IMG/VR virus record: IMGVR_UViG_3300021420_000018
Location: 32,001 to 96,000 of that record
From: a virus
Strand: one strand, 5' to 3'
Length of the DNA stretch: 64,000 bases
The notes below the pieces were generated by a model. It did not search any database, was not told the origin of the DNA, and saw only the letters and a list, made by a program, of their open reading frames with translations. The stretch's first letter is position 1. Every line of letters starts with the position of its first letter. Both the position numbers and the translations under genes were made by a program. Positions 1 to 9,444 of the stretch are shown in pieces.

Positions 1-3000
1 TTCGGAGCCTTCTTCTTGCCGGCGAGCACGCCCAGGTTCCAGGTCTTGGCGCGATCATCTTCGACAACCCGCGGATGGTAGATCGATCCGCTGGATACGA
101 TGTCGGCCGTCTCTTTGGTGCGCTTGAGCGTGGCGCAATAAATCTTCCGGAGAGGAACTTCGCTCAAGTATTGCTGGGCCGTGATCAGCTTCACGCGGCC
201 GTCATCGGAAAGCGGGAAGTCAAGCCAGCCGTCTGAGCGATGCACCGGATCGAGAGCGGTGCGGCCGTGGCGCATCAAGAAAAGCGACTTGTACGTGTAA
301 TCAACCGCAGCTTCGGCTTTCTGCAGCGGGGCCAGGCCTTCGCGGAAAGCTTTCTCCAGCGTTTGGTCCTCGAGCCTCACACTCTTCTCGGAACGTGCCA
401 GACGCGCACGTATCGACTCCGCCTTGCGCAGCTTGAAGAAGCGGTTGGTTTCCTCGCGCGCCATGGTCAGTTGCTTGGTGAAAATGCTTCCAAGCACATG
501 CTCGATCTGATGAATCCCCTGCTGGCTTTCAGGCGTGAGCATGGATGGATCGATACGGGATCCATGGCGCTTGGCAATCTGATCGTCGGCGATAACTTCG
601 TGGATGGTCTTCACCAACTCTTCGTGACTGGTCTTCTGCCCATCGAGCGATTCTTTGCCGTTGTCGACGCCAACGTTTCGGCCAGTCGAGCGGCCTCCGC
701 CGGCTTCCTGCGCCACAGGCGTTCCCGATCTTCCCGCATTGTGGTCGCCGTCATTGCCGTTATTCATGGGCCCGCCAGCTCCAGGAGCATCGGGATTCGG
801 CGTAACTGGATGCGGCTTGGGTCTGCCGGAATCGTCAATCTGCACGCCAGCCTGAACAGAGGGAATGCCAATCGGCATGAATCCCGTTCCGGTAACGATG
901 CCCAGGCGATCCGCTTCCGGTTCCGGCCGCAGCTCTTCGCCGACGCGCTTGCGCGCTTCGTTCGGCGTCATCACACCGCTCTTGACGTACATCGTGATAG
1001 CCGCGGCGTTCTTGAGTGGATCCGGCTCCGCGTAAGGATTCATCGCGATTTCGTACTCGATGAATCCCATCTTTTTCTGGATGATGTAGTCGATGACGCC
1101 TTTGAGCCAGGTCACCCAGGGCAGCGTGCCTTCAATCGTCGACGCATCGCCGGCAGCCCTGCCTTCGGTGCGGATCATGCGGATCAAACGCTGTGGACTT
1201 GTGCCGTACGCAAAACAAATCTGGCGGATATGCTTCTCGTCGTACACGCCGGCAAGCAACGGTTCCTTCGAGAAAATAATCTGATCTTCCTTGCCAGGCT
1301 CGTTGAATCCTTGCACCAGACGCCACTGATTGCGCGCCGCCAGGTTGCCGGCGAGCTGCGAGTTCATCCAGTCCATGGCTTCGGTGATGCGCTCAGGAGA
1401 AGTGCCGCGAGGAACGACTTGCACGACGCCCGGGATCGATCCTTCCTCGTAATAAGCGCGCACGAACTTCAGTCTGGAAATGCCGACCATGATTTCTTCG
1501 GCGACTTGTTCGGTCGGGGAATTTCCTGCAAAACATGCCTTGCCGTTGCGGCGAACATAGACAACGCTGTTCGGTACAGTTAGACAGTAAACTTTTCCGG
1601 AGTATGGCTGCCGACGAGTTTCGAATTTCTTGGTATAGCTACCTCTTTTATGAACGGCAACCACATAGTGCGCACGTGAGTTAATAGCCAGAATTGTGCG
1701 ACGCATTCCATTTCTGCCAATGATAGTGCGGTCGCGAAGAATTATCTTGCGAATGGTGGCGTACACTCCCATCTTCTGCGCTAATTCCTGTAATTGATCA
1801 GCAAGACGCTTACTGGAAGTGAAGGCTCTTGATCTGCTGGCATCTCCATCGCCTAACCAGAAATGATGCCAAAAAATCTGCAACTGGCGCGATGTCGCAT
1901 TCATGATTTCTTGTGGAATGTATTTGTCGCCAGCATGGCCAAGGGGCCGCAGGTGGCGCGCCAGAAACTTGGATCCGATGATAAATGCATCGTTACTATA
2001 GAGAACAGGACCGTTGTTTATCTTGTGCAGCAAGGCGCGCATTTCAGAGATTCGCTTGTTGTTTTTAGATTGTGCGATGTAGACGTAATTGCCTTCACAA
2101 CTTCCTTCGGCAAGATAGAGGCCAATCAACGCACAATAATCATCGCCGCTCATCTCCAACACACGGCCATCGTGGATATGTCGCTGCCGATTTCGGACGA
2201 CCGCTTGATGGGCAGTCGCCAAGGCAACGCCGGCGACTGCGCCGATCTGCGAATAAGACAATCCTTGCGATCGTAGTTCGCGACAGCGAGCGTCGAGTTG
2301 AAGTCGGGAGACATGCCGATCTTCCGCAATGGCAGGGAAGCGCTTCGAATTAACTTCTACGCCATGCCATATAGACGTTACTGGAATCCCAGTTGCAGAA
2401 GTACAGTGTTTCTCTAATTCGGCTGCAGATACTAAGACATCGCCAGAACGGTGTTTGTTACCACCGAGACTAAAAGGCAACTTATCAATGACCATCCTGT
2501 GCTGTGGTGTTACTTCGAGATCCAAAGAACGAGAGGAGAATCTAATTAAATCTCCGACATAGTCATAGCAATGCTTGGCCGTAGCGAGCTGCCACTCGAA
2601 AGCTTTCGTCTTAAGATTACGCGTAGCTATTCGTTCTGTCTTGATATCGACATCCTGGAACAACTTCCATCCGGATTCAGTCAAGACTTCCGTCCCGTCG
2701 CGATAACACTGCCCATACAATTGGGAAGCCAGTGTGTTACGGGGAGCGATATTCCTGGGTTTGTAAACCAATTGGTCTGTTGTGAGGTTCACAAGGGGTA
2801 TCCCCCACCAGTTTTGCGCATAGGCGGGATTCGGCGGTACCGGCGTCAGTCCGTTCTCGTCGATGTAACGCACGATCATCTCGCCGCGCAGCACCACCAT
2901 TTCGGCAAGTTCGTTACGGAAGTTTTTCCTGAGCAGGATCGACGAAGCATCGATGACCAGCAGATCATCGAGCAACGGACGCAGCCAGTCCTGCCAGTTG

Positions 3001-3446
3001 TGCTCGCGGTCGGGATACTCGAAAAACCGATTGAGCAGGAGAAGTGTTGCATCGCCTTTAGAGCGAATGGCCACATCGCTGCGCGTTTCGCCTGGCTTGG
3101 CGCGCATCTGAATTTCCCAGGGCACGCGGCTTATGGTGTCTTTGACGTTCTCGATGCAGACCGCTGCGAGTGGATATTTGGCGAGAGCCTTTAAATCGGC
3201 TGCACTATACTCAGCATCCTGCCGCGGCGTCCACCACAAGTTCTGGCCGGCCCAGTATTGGTAGGCGCGTGGTTCGGTGCCTGGAGGCCCGAGAGGCTTA
3301 ATGGGTTGAAGCGGTGAATACCAGGAATCCTGCTCGATGCCGCGAATCTGATCAGGTGGCCGCTGGTAAAGCGACTGGCCGTATCGCTGAATGGCACCGA
3401 CCATTTGGCCGATCGGCCGGATAACCAGATCGCCGCGCTTTGCCAT
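1..3446 (-). CDS. Portal protein with LAGLIDADG intein and C-terminal histidine-phosphatase (PGM-like) domain; 3' end lies beyond the window
   Basis: Hand translation from ATG 3446 (MAKRGDLVIRPIGQ...) is open to base 1. Portal motifs: FFEYPDREHNWQDWLRPLLDDLLVIDA, LYGQ|SPTEQ, YYEEGSIP, GVMTPNEARKRVGEE. The C-terminal part has LFLMRHGRT...DGWLDFPLS...IYCATLKRTKETA. It is absent from the ORF track because there is no stop in the window. Confidence 0.9.
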   Translation of the reverse strand, partial: MAKRGDLVIRPIGQMVGAIQRYGQSLYQRPPDQIRGIEQDSWYSPLQPIKPLGPPGTEPRAYQYWAGQNLWWTPRQDAEYSAADLKALAKYPLAAVCIENVKDTISRVPWEIQMRAKPGETRSDVAIRSKGDATLLLLNRFFEYPDREHNWQDWLRPLLDDLLVIDASSILLRKNFRNELAEMVVLRGEMIVRYIDENGLTPVPPNPAYAQNWWGIPLVNLTTDQLVYKPRNIAPRNTLASQLYGQCYRDGTEVLTESGWKLFQDVDIKTERIATRNLKTKAFEWQLATAKHCYDYVGDLIRFSSRSLDLEVTPQHRMVIDKLPFSLGGNKHRSGDVLVSAAELEKHCTSATGIPVTSIWHGVEVNSKRFPAIAEDRHVSRLQLDARCRELRSQGLSYSQIGAVAGVALATAHQAVVRNRQRHIHDGRVLEMSGDDYCALIGLYLAEGSCEGNYVYIAQSKNNKRISEMRALLHKINNGPVLYSNDAFIIGSKFLARHLRPLGHAGDKYIPQEIMNATSRQLQIFWHHFWLGDGDASRSRAFTSSKRLADQLQELAQKMGVYATIRKIILRDRTIIGRNGMRRTILAINSRAHYVVAVHKRGSYTKKFETRRQPYSGKVYCLTVPNSVVYVRRNGKACFAGNSPTEQVAEEIMVGISRLKFVRAYYEEGSIPGVVQVVPRGTSPERITEAMDWMNSQLAGNLAARNQWRLVQGFNEPGKEDQIIFSKEPLLAGVYDEKHIRQICFAYGTSPQRLIRMIRTEGRAAGDASTIEGTLPWVTWLKGVIDYIIQKKMGFIEYEIAMNPYAEPDPLKNAAAITMYVKSGVMTPNEARKRVGEELRPEPEADRLGIVTGTGFMPIGIPSVQAGVQIDDSGRPKPHPVTPNPDAPGAGGPMNNGNDGDHNAGRSGTPVAQEAGGGRSTGRNVGVDNGKESLDGQKTSHEELVKTIHEVIADDQIAKRHGSRIDPSMLTPESQQGIHQIEHVLGSIFTKQLTMAREETNRFFKLRKAESIRARLARSEKSVRLEDQTLEKAFREGLAPLQKAEAAVDYTYKSLFLMRHGRTALDPVHRSDGWLDFPLSDDGRVKLITAQQYLSEVPLRKIYCATLKRTKETADIVSSGSIYHPRVVEDDRAKTWNLGVLAGKKKAP
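1521..2708 (-). mobile_element. Intein (396 aa) with LAGLIDADG homing endonuclease and HTH insert, in portal
   Basis: Block A CYRDGTEVLTESGWK; block B LEVTPQHRMV; LAGLIDADG motifs LIGLYLAEGS and FWLGDGD; blocks F/G YSGKVYCLTVPNSVVYVRRNGKACFAGN followed by Ser+1. Confidence 0.92.
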
Positions 3447-3466
3447 TGAGTCGCGAGTTTACCACG

Positions 3467-3871
3467 TCACGCCAGCCTCCAGTGAATGACATGGCCTTTG
3501 AAGGGCAAACGGTTCTTAGGCTCCATCCAGAAGGCCAGCATCTCTGCAAAATCACGGAAGCCGTCGCGCCGCGCAAACGCCTGCGTTTCATCCCAGGAAA
3601 GTTTCTCGCCATCGATCCAGATGTACGGGACCTTGCATCCTCGAGCGAGCACGTTTGTTCCGTCGTAGGGCACGTGCCTGATCTCAATCTCTTCGATCTT
3701 CACACACGGCACACGCATGAGCAGCTTGGCCTTCTTGGTTCGCAGGCCGGTGTAAAGGTGAAGCGTATCGCCTGGCTTATCGGGGTGGACGCGGACCGCG
3801 CGGATCGTGTGCGTCTTTTCTCCGCGAAGGATGAGCGGAACAAAGCGAGGCTGGAAGTTATAGAGACCCAT
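3467..3871 (-). CDS. ASCH/PUA-like domain protein
   Basis: FQPRFVPLILRGEKTHTIR...PGDTLHLYTGLRT...FARRDGF pattern. Confidence 0.7.
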   Translation of the reverse strand: MGLYNFQPRFVPLILRGEKTHTIRAVRVHPDKPGDTLHLYTGLRTKKAKLLMRVPCVKIEEIEIRHVPYDGTNVLARGCKVPYIWIDGEKLSWDETQAFARRDGFRDFAEMLAFWMEPKNRLPFKGHVIHWRLA

Positions 3872-4177
3872 TCACAGTTTGGTTAGCGGCGGCGGCGCGA
3901 CTTCTGGCGGTTCGACTTCCTTGCCGATATCCAGCTTTTTTAGGATGGCTTCTACCACAGATCTCAGATGATGGCCGTCACAAGCATGCAGCGTTCCCTG
4001 ATGTGTAGACGAACCTTCGTCTAGCTCCACGATCTCGATTACGTGGCGCACTTCGTTGGTTGGATCCACACTCCTGCGGCGATGGCTGATTTCAAACCAG
4101 CCTTTCAGCTTATCGGTTGGCGATGTCTCTCGACACTGAAAGCCGTGGTCATCGTAGTCACAGCGGATGTTTAGCAT
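3872..4177 (-). CDS. Hypothetical protein
   Basis: Abuts both neighbours in a tightly packed minus-strand run. Confidence 0.6.
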   Translation of the reverse strand: MLNIRCDYDDHGFQCRETSPTDKLKGWFEISHRRRSVDPTNEVRHVIEIVELDEGSSTHQGTLHACDGHHLRSVVEAILKKLDIGKEVEPPEVAPPPLTKL

Positions 4178-4399
4178 TTATTTAGCTCCTGTTTCGCGCA
4201 CGATAACGCGCGCGCGACGTATGCAGCCTGGACAGTAAAACGTTTTCTTTTTACCTTTGCCGATTCCTTTCCACCCAAGAGCCTCGACGCATATCTCAAC
4301 GTACTTGTCGTTTGACTTTTCGTGCAAACTCGTCACTTCGACCTTCGAGCCGCAGCCGCCGTCGCATTCGATCCAAGCCGTGAAGAGGGCGTCGCTCAC
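4178..4399 (-). CDS. Small Zn-binding hypothetical protein
   Basis: CDGGC...CPGC; abuts downstream gene. Confidence 0.55.
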   Translation of the reverse strand: MSDALFTAWIECDGGCGSKVEVTSLHEKSNDKYVEICVEALGWKGIGKGKKKTFYCPGCIRRARVIVRETGAK

Positions 4400-4421
4400 C
4401 GTACTCGCTCGGCTTCCTCAG

Positions 4422-4847
4422 TCATTGCGCCAGCTTCACTTCAAACTTCATCTGGGCCCAACGATCTGCGAATCGTTCCTTAGCCATTGCGACCATCTGA
4501 TCGAAATCGAACTCGCCCTCGGCTACGTACGTGCTGCTGCTTGCGCCGCGTGTGTCGACGCTGCGATCCCAAAATGAAAGCGCCGTCCATCCGTTCTTGT
4601 GGTGGACCAAAGCAATACCTTCTGGAGAGTTGCCGCAGTAGCAGTTGGAATGCCCCTTGTAGGAATAGCCTCTGCAGCCAGGAACGTGAGGCTGAAGCTT
4701 TCCATCGATCTCGCGCGTAGTCCACGGAATCGTGATTTGTTCGTCATAAGAAACGTGACCGCCGCGCTCTTTGTAGAAGTGATGGCCAGCAGTGCGGTAG
4801 GGACCGAAGTAATACATTCGCATGGGTTCCATTTTATTTTGTCGCAA
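4422..4847 (-). CDS. Hypothetical phage protein
   Basis: YYFGP...GHH...GWTALSFWDRSVDTRGASSS; true start may be a downstream ATG. Confidence 0.6.
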   Translation of the reverse strand: MRQNKMEPMRMYYFGPYRTAGHHFYKERGGHVSYDEQITIPWTTREIDGKLQPHVPGCRGYSYKGHSNCYCGNSPEGIALVHHKNGWTALSFWDRSVDTRGASSSTYVAEGEFDFDQMVAMAKERFADRWAQMKFEVKLAQ

Positions 4848-4946
4848 GAACGTTGCCGCGAAGGGGGTTTCGCTCCAGTGCTCCGCCCGTTGCCGGACCG
4901 CTGGAGCCGCCTAGTCCGGCCTACCCTCTTGCAAGGCATCGCGGCA

Positions 4947-4958
4947 GTAAGCGTTTAC
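4947..4958. promoter_or_regulatory. GTAAGCGTTTAC operator-like near-palindrome (copy 1)
   Basis: Exact copies at 13700 and 17049; 11/12 inverted copy at 5363. Confidence 0.55.
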
Positions 4959-4976
4959 TATTGTTCCTAGTGAATG

Positions 4977-5324
4977 TCAAGTGGCTTGTTCGAGCTGGCG
5001 CACGCGGTCTTCTGAACTTTCGATTTTGTTTCTGGCAACCGACGGAAGAACATCTGCGGCAGTGACGCGAACTACTGTGCGTTCAAACCACCTCCCGCCG
5101 CAACGTTTGCAACTGTGCTGACACATAACCGTGAGACTGCGTTCGGGAATATCTTTCGACTGAGGTCCAGGTCCTGCCAACACAACGCAACGCAACCTGC
5201 CGCTGCGAGCTCCGCACACAGGACACGGCGCATTCGGATTGATGTTAGCAATATCGCGAGGGCTGGGCGGACGGAACAACCAAAGAAGCTTACGGATGCC
5301 GACAGTGAGCCAGTAGAATAGCAT
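4977..5324 (-). CDS. Zn-finger hypothetical protein
   Basis: CPVC...CKRC. Confidence 0.55.
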   Translation of the reverse strand: MLFYWLTVGIRKLLWLFRPPSPRDIANINPNAPCPVCGARSGRLRCVVLAGPGPQSKDIPERSLTVMCQHSCKRCGGRWFERTVVRVTAADVLPSVARNKIESSEDRVRQLEQAT

Positions 5325-5662
5325 TCAGGCCTAGCTTTAAACTCTCATAAGTGCTCTGGAGAGTAAACGCTTATCAGGCAGATGTCAATGCCACAGCCAG
5401 AAGAATCATGGCTTGCGTCGTGGTTTATTCCAGTATGGAGTCCTGCACCAACGACATCGCTTCGGTGTTGTCACGCGCGGCAGCCAAGAACGCCCACAGC
5501 GATTGCAAGTTACTAACTTAGAGCTCACTTGGCCGCCCGCTCCGCCTTCTGCTTTCGGTATCGAGGGGCTGCCATGAAACGCTCGTCCCGACTGGCAACC
5601 TGTAGGGCTTCATCAAAAGACATAAATCACCTCAGGGTAAAATAACGTTGGGGTATAGGGGT

Positions 5663-5863
5663 TCAGCCATTCGCTAACTCCTTTTGCCCCGCGAGTGGGA
5701 ACTCCTTTGCGAGTTTGGCAATCTCTTCGCGCGTAACAGCTATGCGTGTTCGGTCCCATCTGTTTTTAGGGCCACCCACCACGTTTAAGTATTTCTCCGA
5801 TTCTTCAAGGACGATCCAGTCCCCATCCGTGAAATATTTGAACCTGCGAGTTAGCTCAGCCAT
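5663..5863 (-). CDS. Hypothetical protein
   Basis: SD AAAGGAG upstream of ATG. Confidence 0.55.
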   Translation of the reverse strand: MAELTRRFKYFTDGDWIVLEESEKYLNVVGGPKNRWDRTRIAVTREEIAKLAKEFPLAGQKELANG

Positions 5864-6017
5864 TCACTAGCTCCTTTCGGTATCCCGCACTCGTTCGCGG
5901 CTCGGTGCTCCCCCGTTACAACTTACCGCCGGGACGGATCGTTCCTCCGGTCAAATTGCATCACCTCTCTTTCGATTCATCCTGCCTTCTCACTTCCCCT
6001 CAGGCTTGGGCGCGGCC

Positions 6018-6290
6018 TTATGGTCGCAGTTCCCTTCTGCGTAGTCCGCAGACAGGACAGAATTTAGGTCGTTTTCCTGCATGATCCAAGGATGTGATTA
6101 TTCGGAACTGGAAGATCGCCCTACACTCAGAGCATTCAAACTCATCTTCTCTCGGAAAAGAAAGAGTGCAATTGGTGAATTCCGTGTGTGGTGCTGGCTT
6201 CCTGCCGCCTCTATGTCGGCTAACGATTCTAGGCGACCGATCCGGCAGTTTGTCTACAATGAATCGCGCTTTCAACGCTTCCAAGGTCAC
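6018..6290 (-). CDS. Zn-ribbon hypothetical protein
   Basis: CSEC...CPVC; SD GGAG upstream. Confidence 0.55.
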   Translation of the reverse strand: MTLEALKARFIVDKLPDRSPRIVSRHRGGRKPAPHTEFTNCTLSFPREDEFECSECRAIFQFRIITSLDHAGKRPKFCPVCGLRRRELRP

Positions 6291-6458
6291 TTTCTCCCTC
6301 CGTCTGCCTTGCCATCGCGCTCTTTCTCTAATCTCTCGACATCGTCAGGATGTTCTTCGTGCGGCGCTTCATCGGCACAAGCGCATTCGTGAGCCAGATC
6401 AGGACACCCGCGCAGTTCACAACCACGATGATCTTGATCAGCCAAGCCGATTCGACCA

Positions 6459-7064
6459 TTAGCCACCTTCTGGAGGTCTGGCAGATCTCGCGTCGACGAT
6501 GGCCTGCTGTTCTTGATGGCTCCGCAAATCGGCAGCGGCCTTGTCGGCAGCCTCTTCCGCTGCGAGCGCTTGCAACTTATCTGCTTCGGTAGCCTCGGCC
6601 CGCATCGCTTTCTCTCGCGCGAGAATGGCGTTGCCGGCCAGCGCGACCGACAAAGCTGTGAGCATCACGCCCTTCTGGGAGTTGACGAGCGTGTGAACAT
6701 CGCCCAAAGTTTTGCCCTGCTCGGCGAGGCGCTTGTCGGTTGCATTGCCGGTCGCAAGAAGAGTGTCTTTGACTTCGAGCACGGCGACGCGCTGCGCTTC
6801 GTTTGATTTCTGAACGACCTGCGCAACCTGCACGGTAGCGAGACGCTGCGCTTCGGCGGTGCGATCCGACTTTTCGTTGTGCTTGTCCTGGGACCGCTTC
6901 ATCATCGCGAGGATGATGGGCGAGGCTGCGGAAATGATCAGGCCCACGCCCCACAGGATTCCGCCCCATCCGGAAAACACAAACGGCGCCGGCGGTTCCT
7001 GAATGGGAAGGGCTGCCAAAAGGAAAGTGTTGAATAACGAGTAGATTGTGAGCGCCTGATACAT
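6459..7064 (-). CDS. Membrane protein with N-terminal TM segments and coiled coil (holin-like architecture)
   Basis: Two hydrophobic segments, then a helical region containing DVHTLVNSQ. Confidence 0.5.
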   Translation of the reverse strand: MYQALTIYSLFNTFLLAALPIQEPPAPFVFSGWGGILWGVGLIISAASPIILAMMKRSQDKHNEKSDRTAEAQRLATVQVAQVVQKSNEAQRVAVLEVKDTLLATGNATDKRLAEQGKTLGDVHTLVNSQKGVMLTALSVALAGNAILAREKAMRAEATEADKLQALAAEEAADKAAADLRSHQEQQAIVDARSARPPEGG

Positions 7065-7103
7065 CGCGCCTCAAGTTTACTAAAGAACCATAACCACTGT
7101 CTC

Positions 7104-7376
7104 TCAAAAACAGTGCCGGTTCGGCACCCCGGTCTTCCGCAGGATATTGGAGACGTGATATTTCACAGTCCGTTCCTTCATGCCCAGCCGCGCGGCGATG
7201 TTGATATTCATGAACCGCTGCTGCAACAAAGGCATGACTTCCTGCTCGGCTGGAGTTAACTTTGCGGCTTCGATCAAGTGCTTGGCGATCAGCTCTTTCA
7301 TTTTGGCGCGCACCGCGGTTAGTTCTTCAATCAGTTCGCGTTCCCGCTTCTCCAGCTCGTCGATCTCTGCCCACAT
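7104..7376 (-). CDS. LuxR-type HTH regulator
   Basis: LTPAEQEV...NINIAARLGMKERTVKYHVSNILRKTGV. Confidence 0.85.
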   Translation of the reverse strand: MWAEIDELEKRERELIEELTAVRAKMKELIAKHLIEAAKLTPAEQEVMPLLQQRFMNINIAARLGMKERTVKYHVSNILRKTGVPNRHCF

Positions 7377-7873
7377 TATTCGTCAAGACAGATTCTGCGC
7401 TTGGTAGCGAGCGGCATGAGCGGCCCGTCCGATGGCCGTTCCGGTTTAGATCCCAACCGCGACCGCGATGATCCTCGACCATTCTCCACGAAGGCTTCGT
7501 ACTGTTCGAGCAGCCTTAGGCGCTCTTCTTCCAGCGCGAGATATTGAGAGTTGACGAGCGTGTGGACATCCTCCAGCCTTGCGCGGGCTCTCGCTGCGTC
7601 GCCTTCGGGCAAAGGCGAGAGCCCAAGCATCTCGCGCGCTTCGTTTTGCGTGATGATCCCGCGGTCAAGCATGTGGCGCACCTGCTCGGGAGTCCACGGC
7701 TGCGGATAGATGCGATACGGCTCCCCACCGTTTGGAATAATAACGCCGTTGCTGCTGCTGCCAGCCGTGTCGATTGTCCATTGGCCGCTGTTTATGGCGC
7801 TGCCTCCACTCACTCCAGGATAGATTTCTGTCACGTTTGCGACAGTGAAGGCAGAAGAGGCAAGCGCGTCCAT
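7376..7873 (-). CDS. Mosaic hypothetical protein (portal-tail-like motif, DVHTLVNSQ, C-terminal KRRICLDE)
   Basis: SD GAGGAG upstream; motifs visible in translation. Confidence 0.6.
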   Translation of the reverse strand: MDALASSAFTVANVTEIYPGVSGGSAINSGQWTIDTAGSSSNGVIIPNGGEPYRIYPQPWTPEQVRHMLDRGIITQNEAREMLGLSPLPEGDAARARARLEDVHTLVNSQYLALEEERLRLLEQYEAFVENGRGSSRSRLGSKPERPSDGPLMPLATKRRICLDE

Positions 7874-8135
7874 GGTTATCTCCTCGCCGGCATTGTAACC
7901 GGCTTTTTACAAGATTCTATAAAACATTAAAATCACCGTGCGACAGGTTGTGCCGCAACCGATCCGGGCGGCGGCCACTTCGCGGCGCACTGATGATCTT
8001 CAGAACCGACCATACACAGAAACTCGCCGCACAACAGACACCGCCGATAGGCTGGCCTGTGGCAGTGCGAACAGCGCTTCGGACAATCCGCGGTCGAATG
8101 CGTTTTGCTGCGGCAGGCCACACACTGTTCTTTGC

Positions 8136-8774
8136 TCATAGCCACTCCAAAGCTTCTGTGGCCACGAGTTGCGATACTCGGGACACGCGCGGCTCGCCGT
8201 ATTCTTGTTCGAGCCTGCGCACGATCAAGCTCGCCTGATACGCATCCCAGGTGTAACCGATTCGCACGATCACTCGATAGGGATTCACACGAACTAGCTG
8301 CGCACCAGAATCGAGCAGCCTCCAGGTGAGGTCCATCAACTCGACAAACATAGCCGCATCGGATAAACGCTGGCGACGGATCTTGGCCGCCGCCCTTTTC
8401 TTTGCCTTGTCCTGCTGTTGCGCTTTTACCAGTAAAGCTTGCCGCTCATAAGCTCGCTCTTGTTCGGCCAGTTTGGCCTTTTCTTCTGCCAGCCTGTCCT
8501 GGTGGGCCTGGTACTCTTCCATGGCAGTGTTGAGCTGGGCGGTCAGCCGCTTGACGCGCTTAGGATCGAGCTCGAGTTCCACACCCAACCGATATTTTTC
8601 GCGACGCTCGCCATCCTCGCCGTACCCGTTATCCACAGCAAGATCCACCAAGCGGATCGGCTGCGGAAACGTTTCGGGAAACTCGTCATCTTGCGGAAAG
8701 GCGCGGCCGCACTCCTCAGCCTCAACACTGCGCGCGATCCGTTCGATGTCGATACGCTTCACTTCCGAACCCAC
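8136..8774 (-). CDS. Coiled-coil hypothetical protein
   Basis: SD GAGGA; overlaps neighbours. Confidence 0.6.
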   Translation of the reverse strand: MGSEVKRIDIERIARSVEAEECGRAFPQDDEFPETFPQPIRLVDLAVDNGYGEDGERREKYRLGVELELDPKRVKRLTAQLNTAMEEYQAHQDRLAEEKAKLAEQERAYERQALLVKAQQQDKAKKRAAAKIRRQRLSDAAMFVELMDLTWRLLDSGAQLVRVNPYRVIVRIGYTWDAYQASLIVRRLEQEYGEPRVSRVSQLVATEALEWL

Positions 8775-9018
8775 TCCTCAATCGCACGGTCGATCACAAC
8801 TTTGAGATCGGCGACGTCCGCGTGACGCTTGAGCCTATCCCACATATCCTCCTCGAGCGTCTTGCAGGCCCTGGCGATGGCTACGCGCAAGGCTTCGGGA
8901 ATAAATGTGGGCGGCCTCGACAAGTAGCCGGCACTGCCGATACTTTCGGCTGTGCCGCGAAGCGCCGCATTGTGCGCTTCAACCGTTTTTTGCTGCGCTT
9001 CCCTTGCTTTGTGTTCGC

Positions 9019-9444
9019 TCATAGTTTCCTTCCTGGCATGCAGTTGCGGATCGCGATCCACAGTTCCATGTCTACCGGCCAGAACTGTAGCGCCCCAAGG
9101 ACTGGACAAGGTTCGGCAAGCGGCCGGATATTTTCAAGCTTGAACGCGTACCGGCCTTCGTGATAGTCGCCCCACTTGCGTTCCGCATCGCTGATCTCCA
9201 GAGTCACCGCTTCAGTTGGCCGGCAGTCGGTAAGATCGCACACGCAGACGATCGCGCCAACCGGCAACTCTTTGGGAACGAGGCCTTCCTCCCGCGCAAA
9301 CTCTTTCGCCCAAACTGGAAAACCTTTCGATGCGTGAATCGCGACAGGCCCGCGGTAAAGCGTCAACCAGCTGCGCGTCTCCCAATGCTTCCAGCCAAGC
9401 GCGATCGCCGTCGCCCAAGGCTGCGTGAGTGATAGTCCTCTCAT
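9019..9444 (-). CDS. ASCH domain protein
   Basis: LSLTQPWATAI..G.KHWETRSW.T.YRGPVAIHASK, the canonical ASCH signature. Confidence 0.9.
   Translation of the reverse strand: MRGLSLTQPWATAIALGWKHWETRSWLTLYRGPVAIHASKGFPVWAKEFAREEGLVPKELPVGAIVCVCDLTDCRPTEAVTLEISDAERKWGDYHEGRYAFKLENIRPLAEPCPVLGALQFWPVDMELWIAIRNCMPGRKL

Noticed and set aside
240-1583. 447-aa plus-strand ORF
   Set aside because: Antisense shadow of the portal gene; no motifs of its own.
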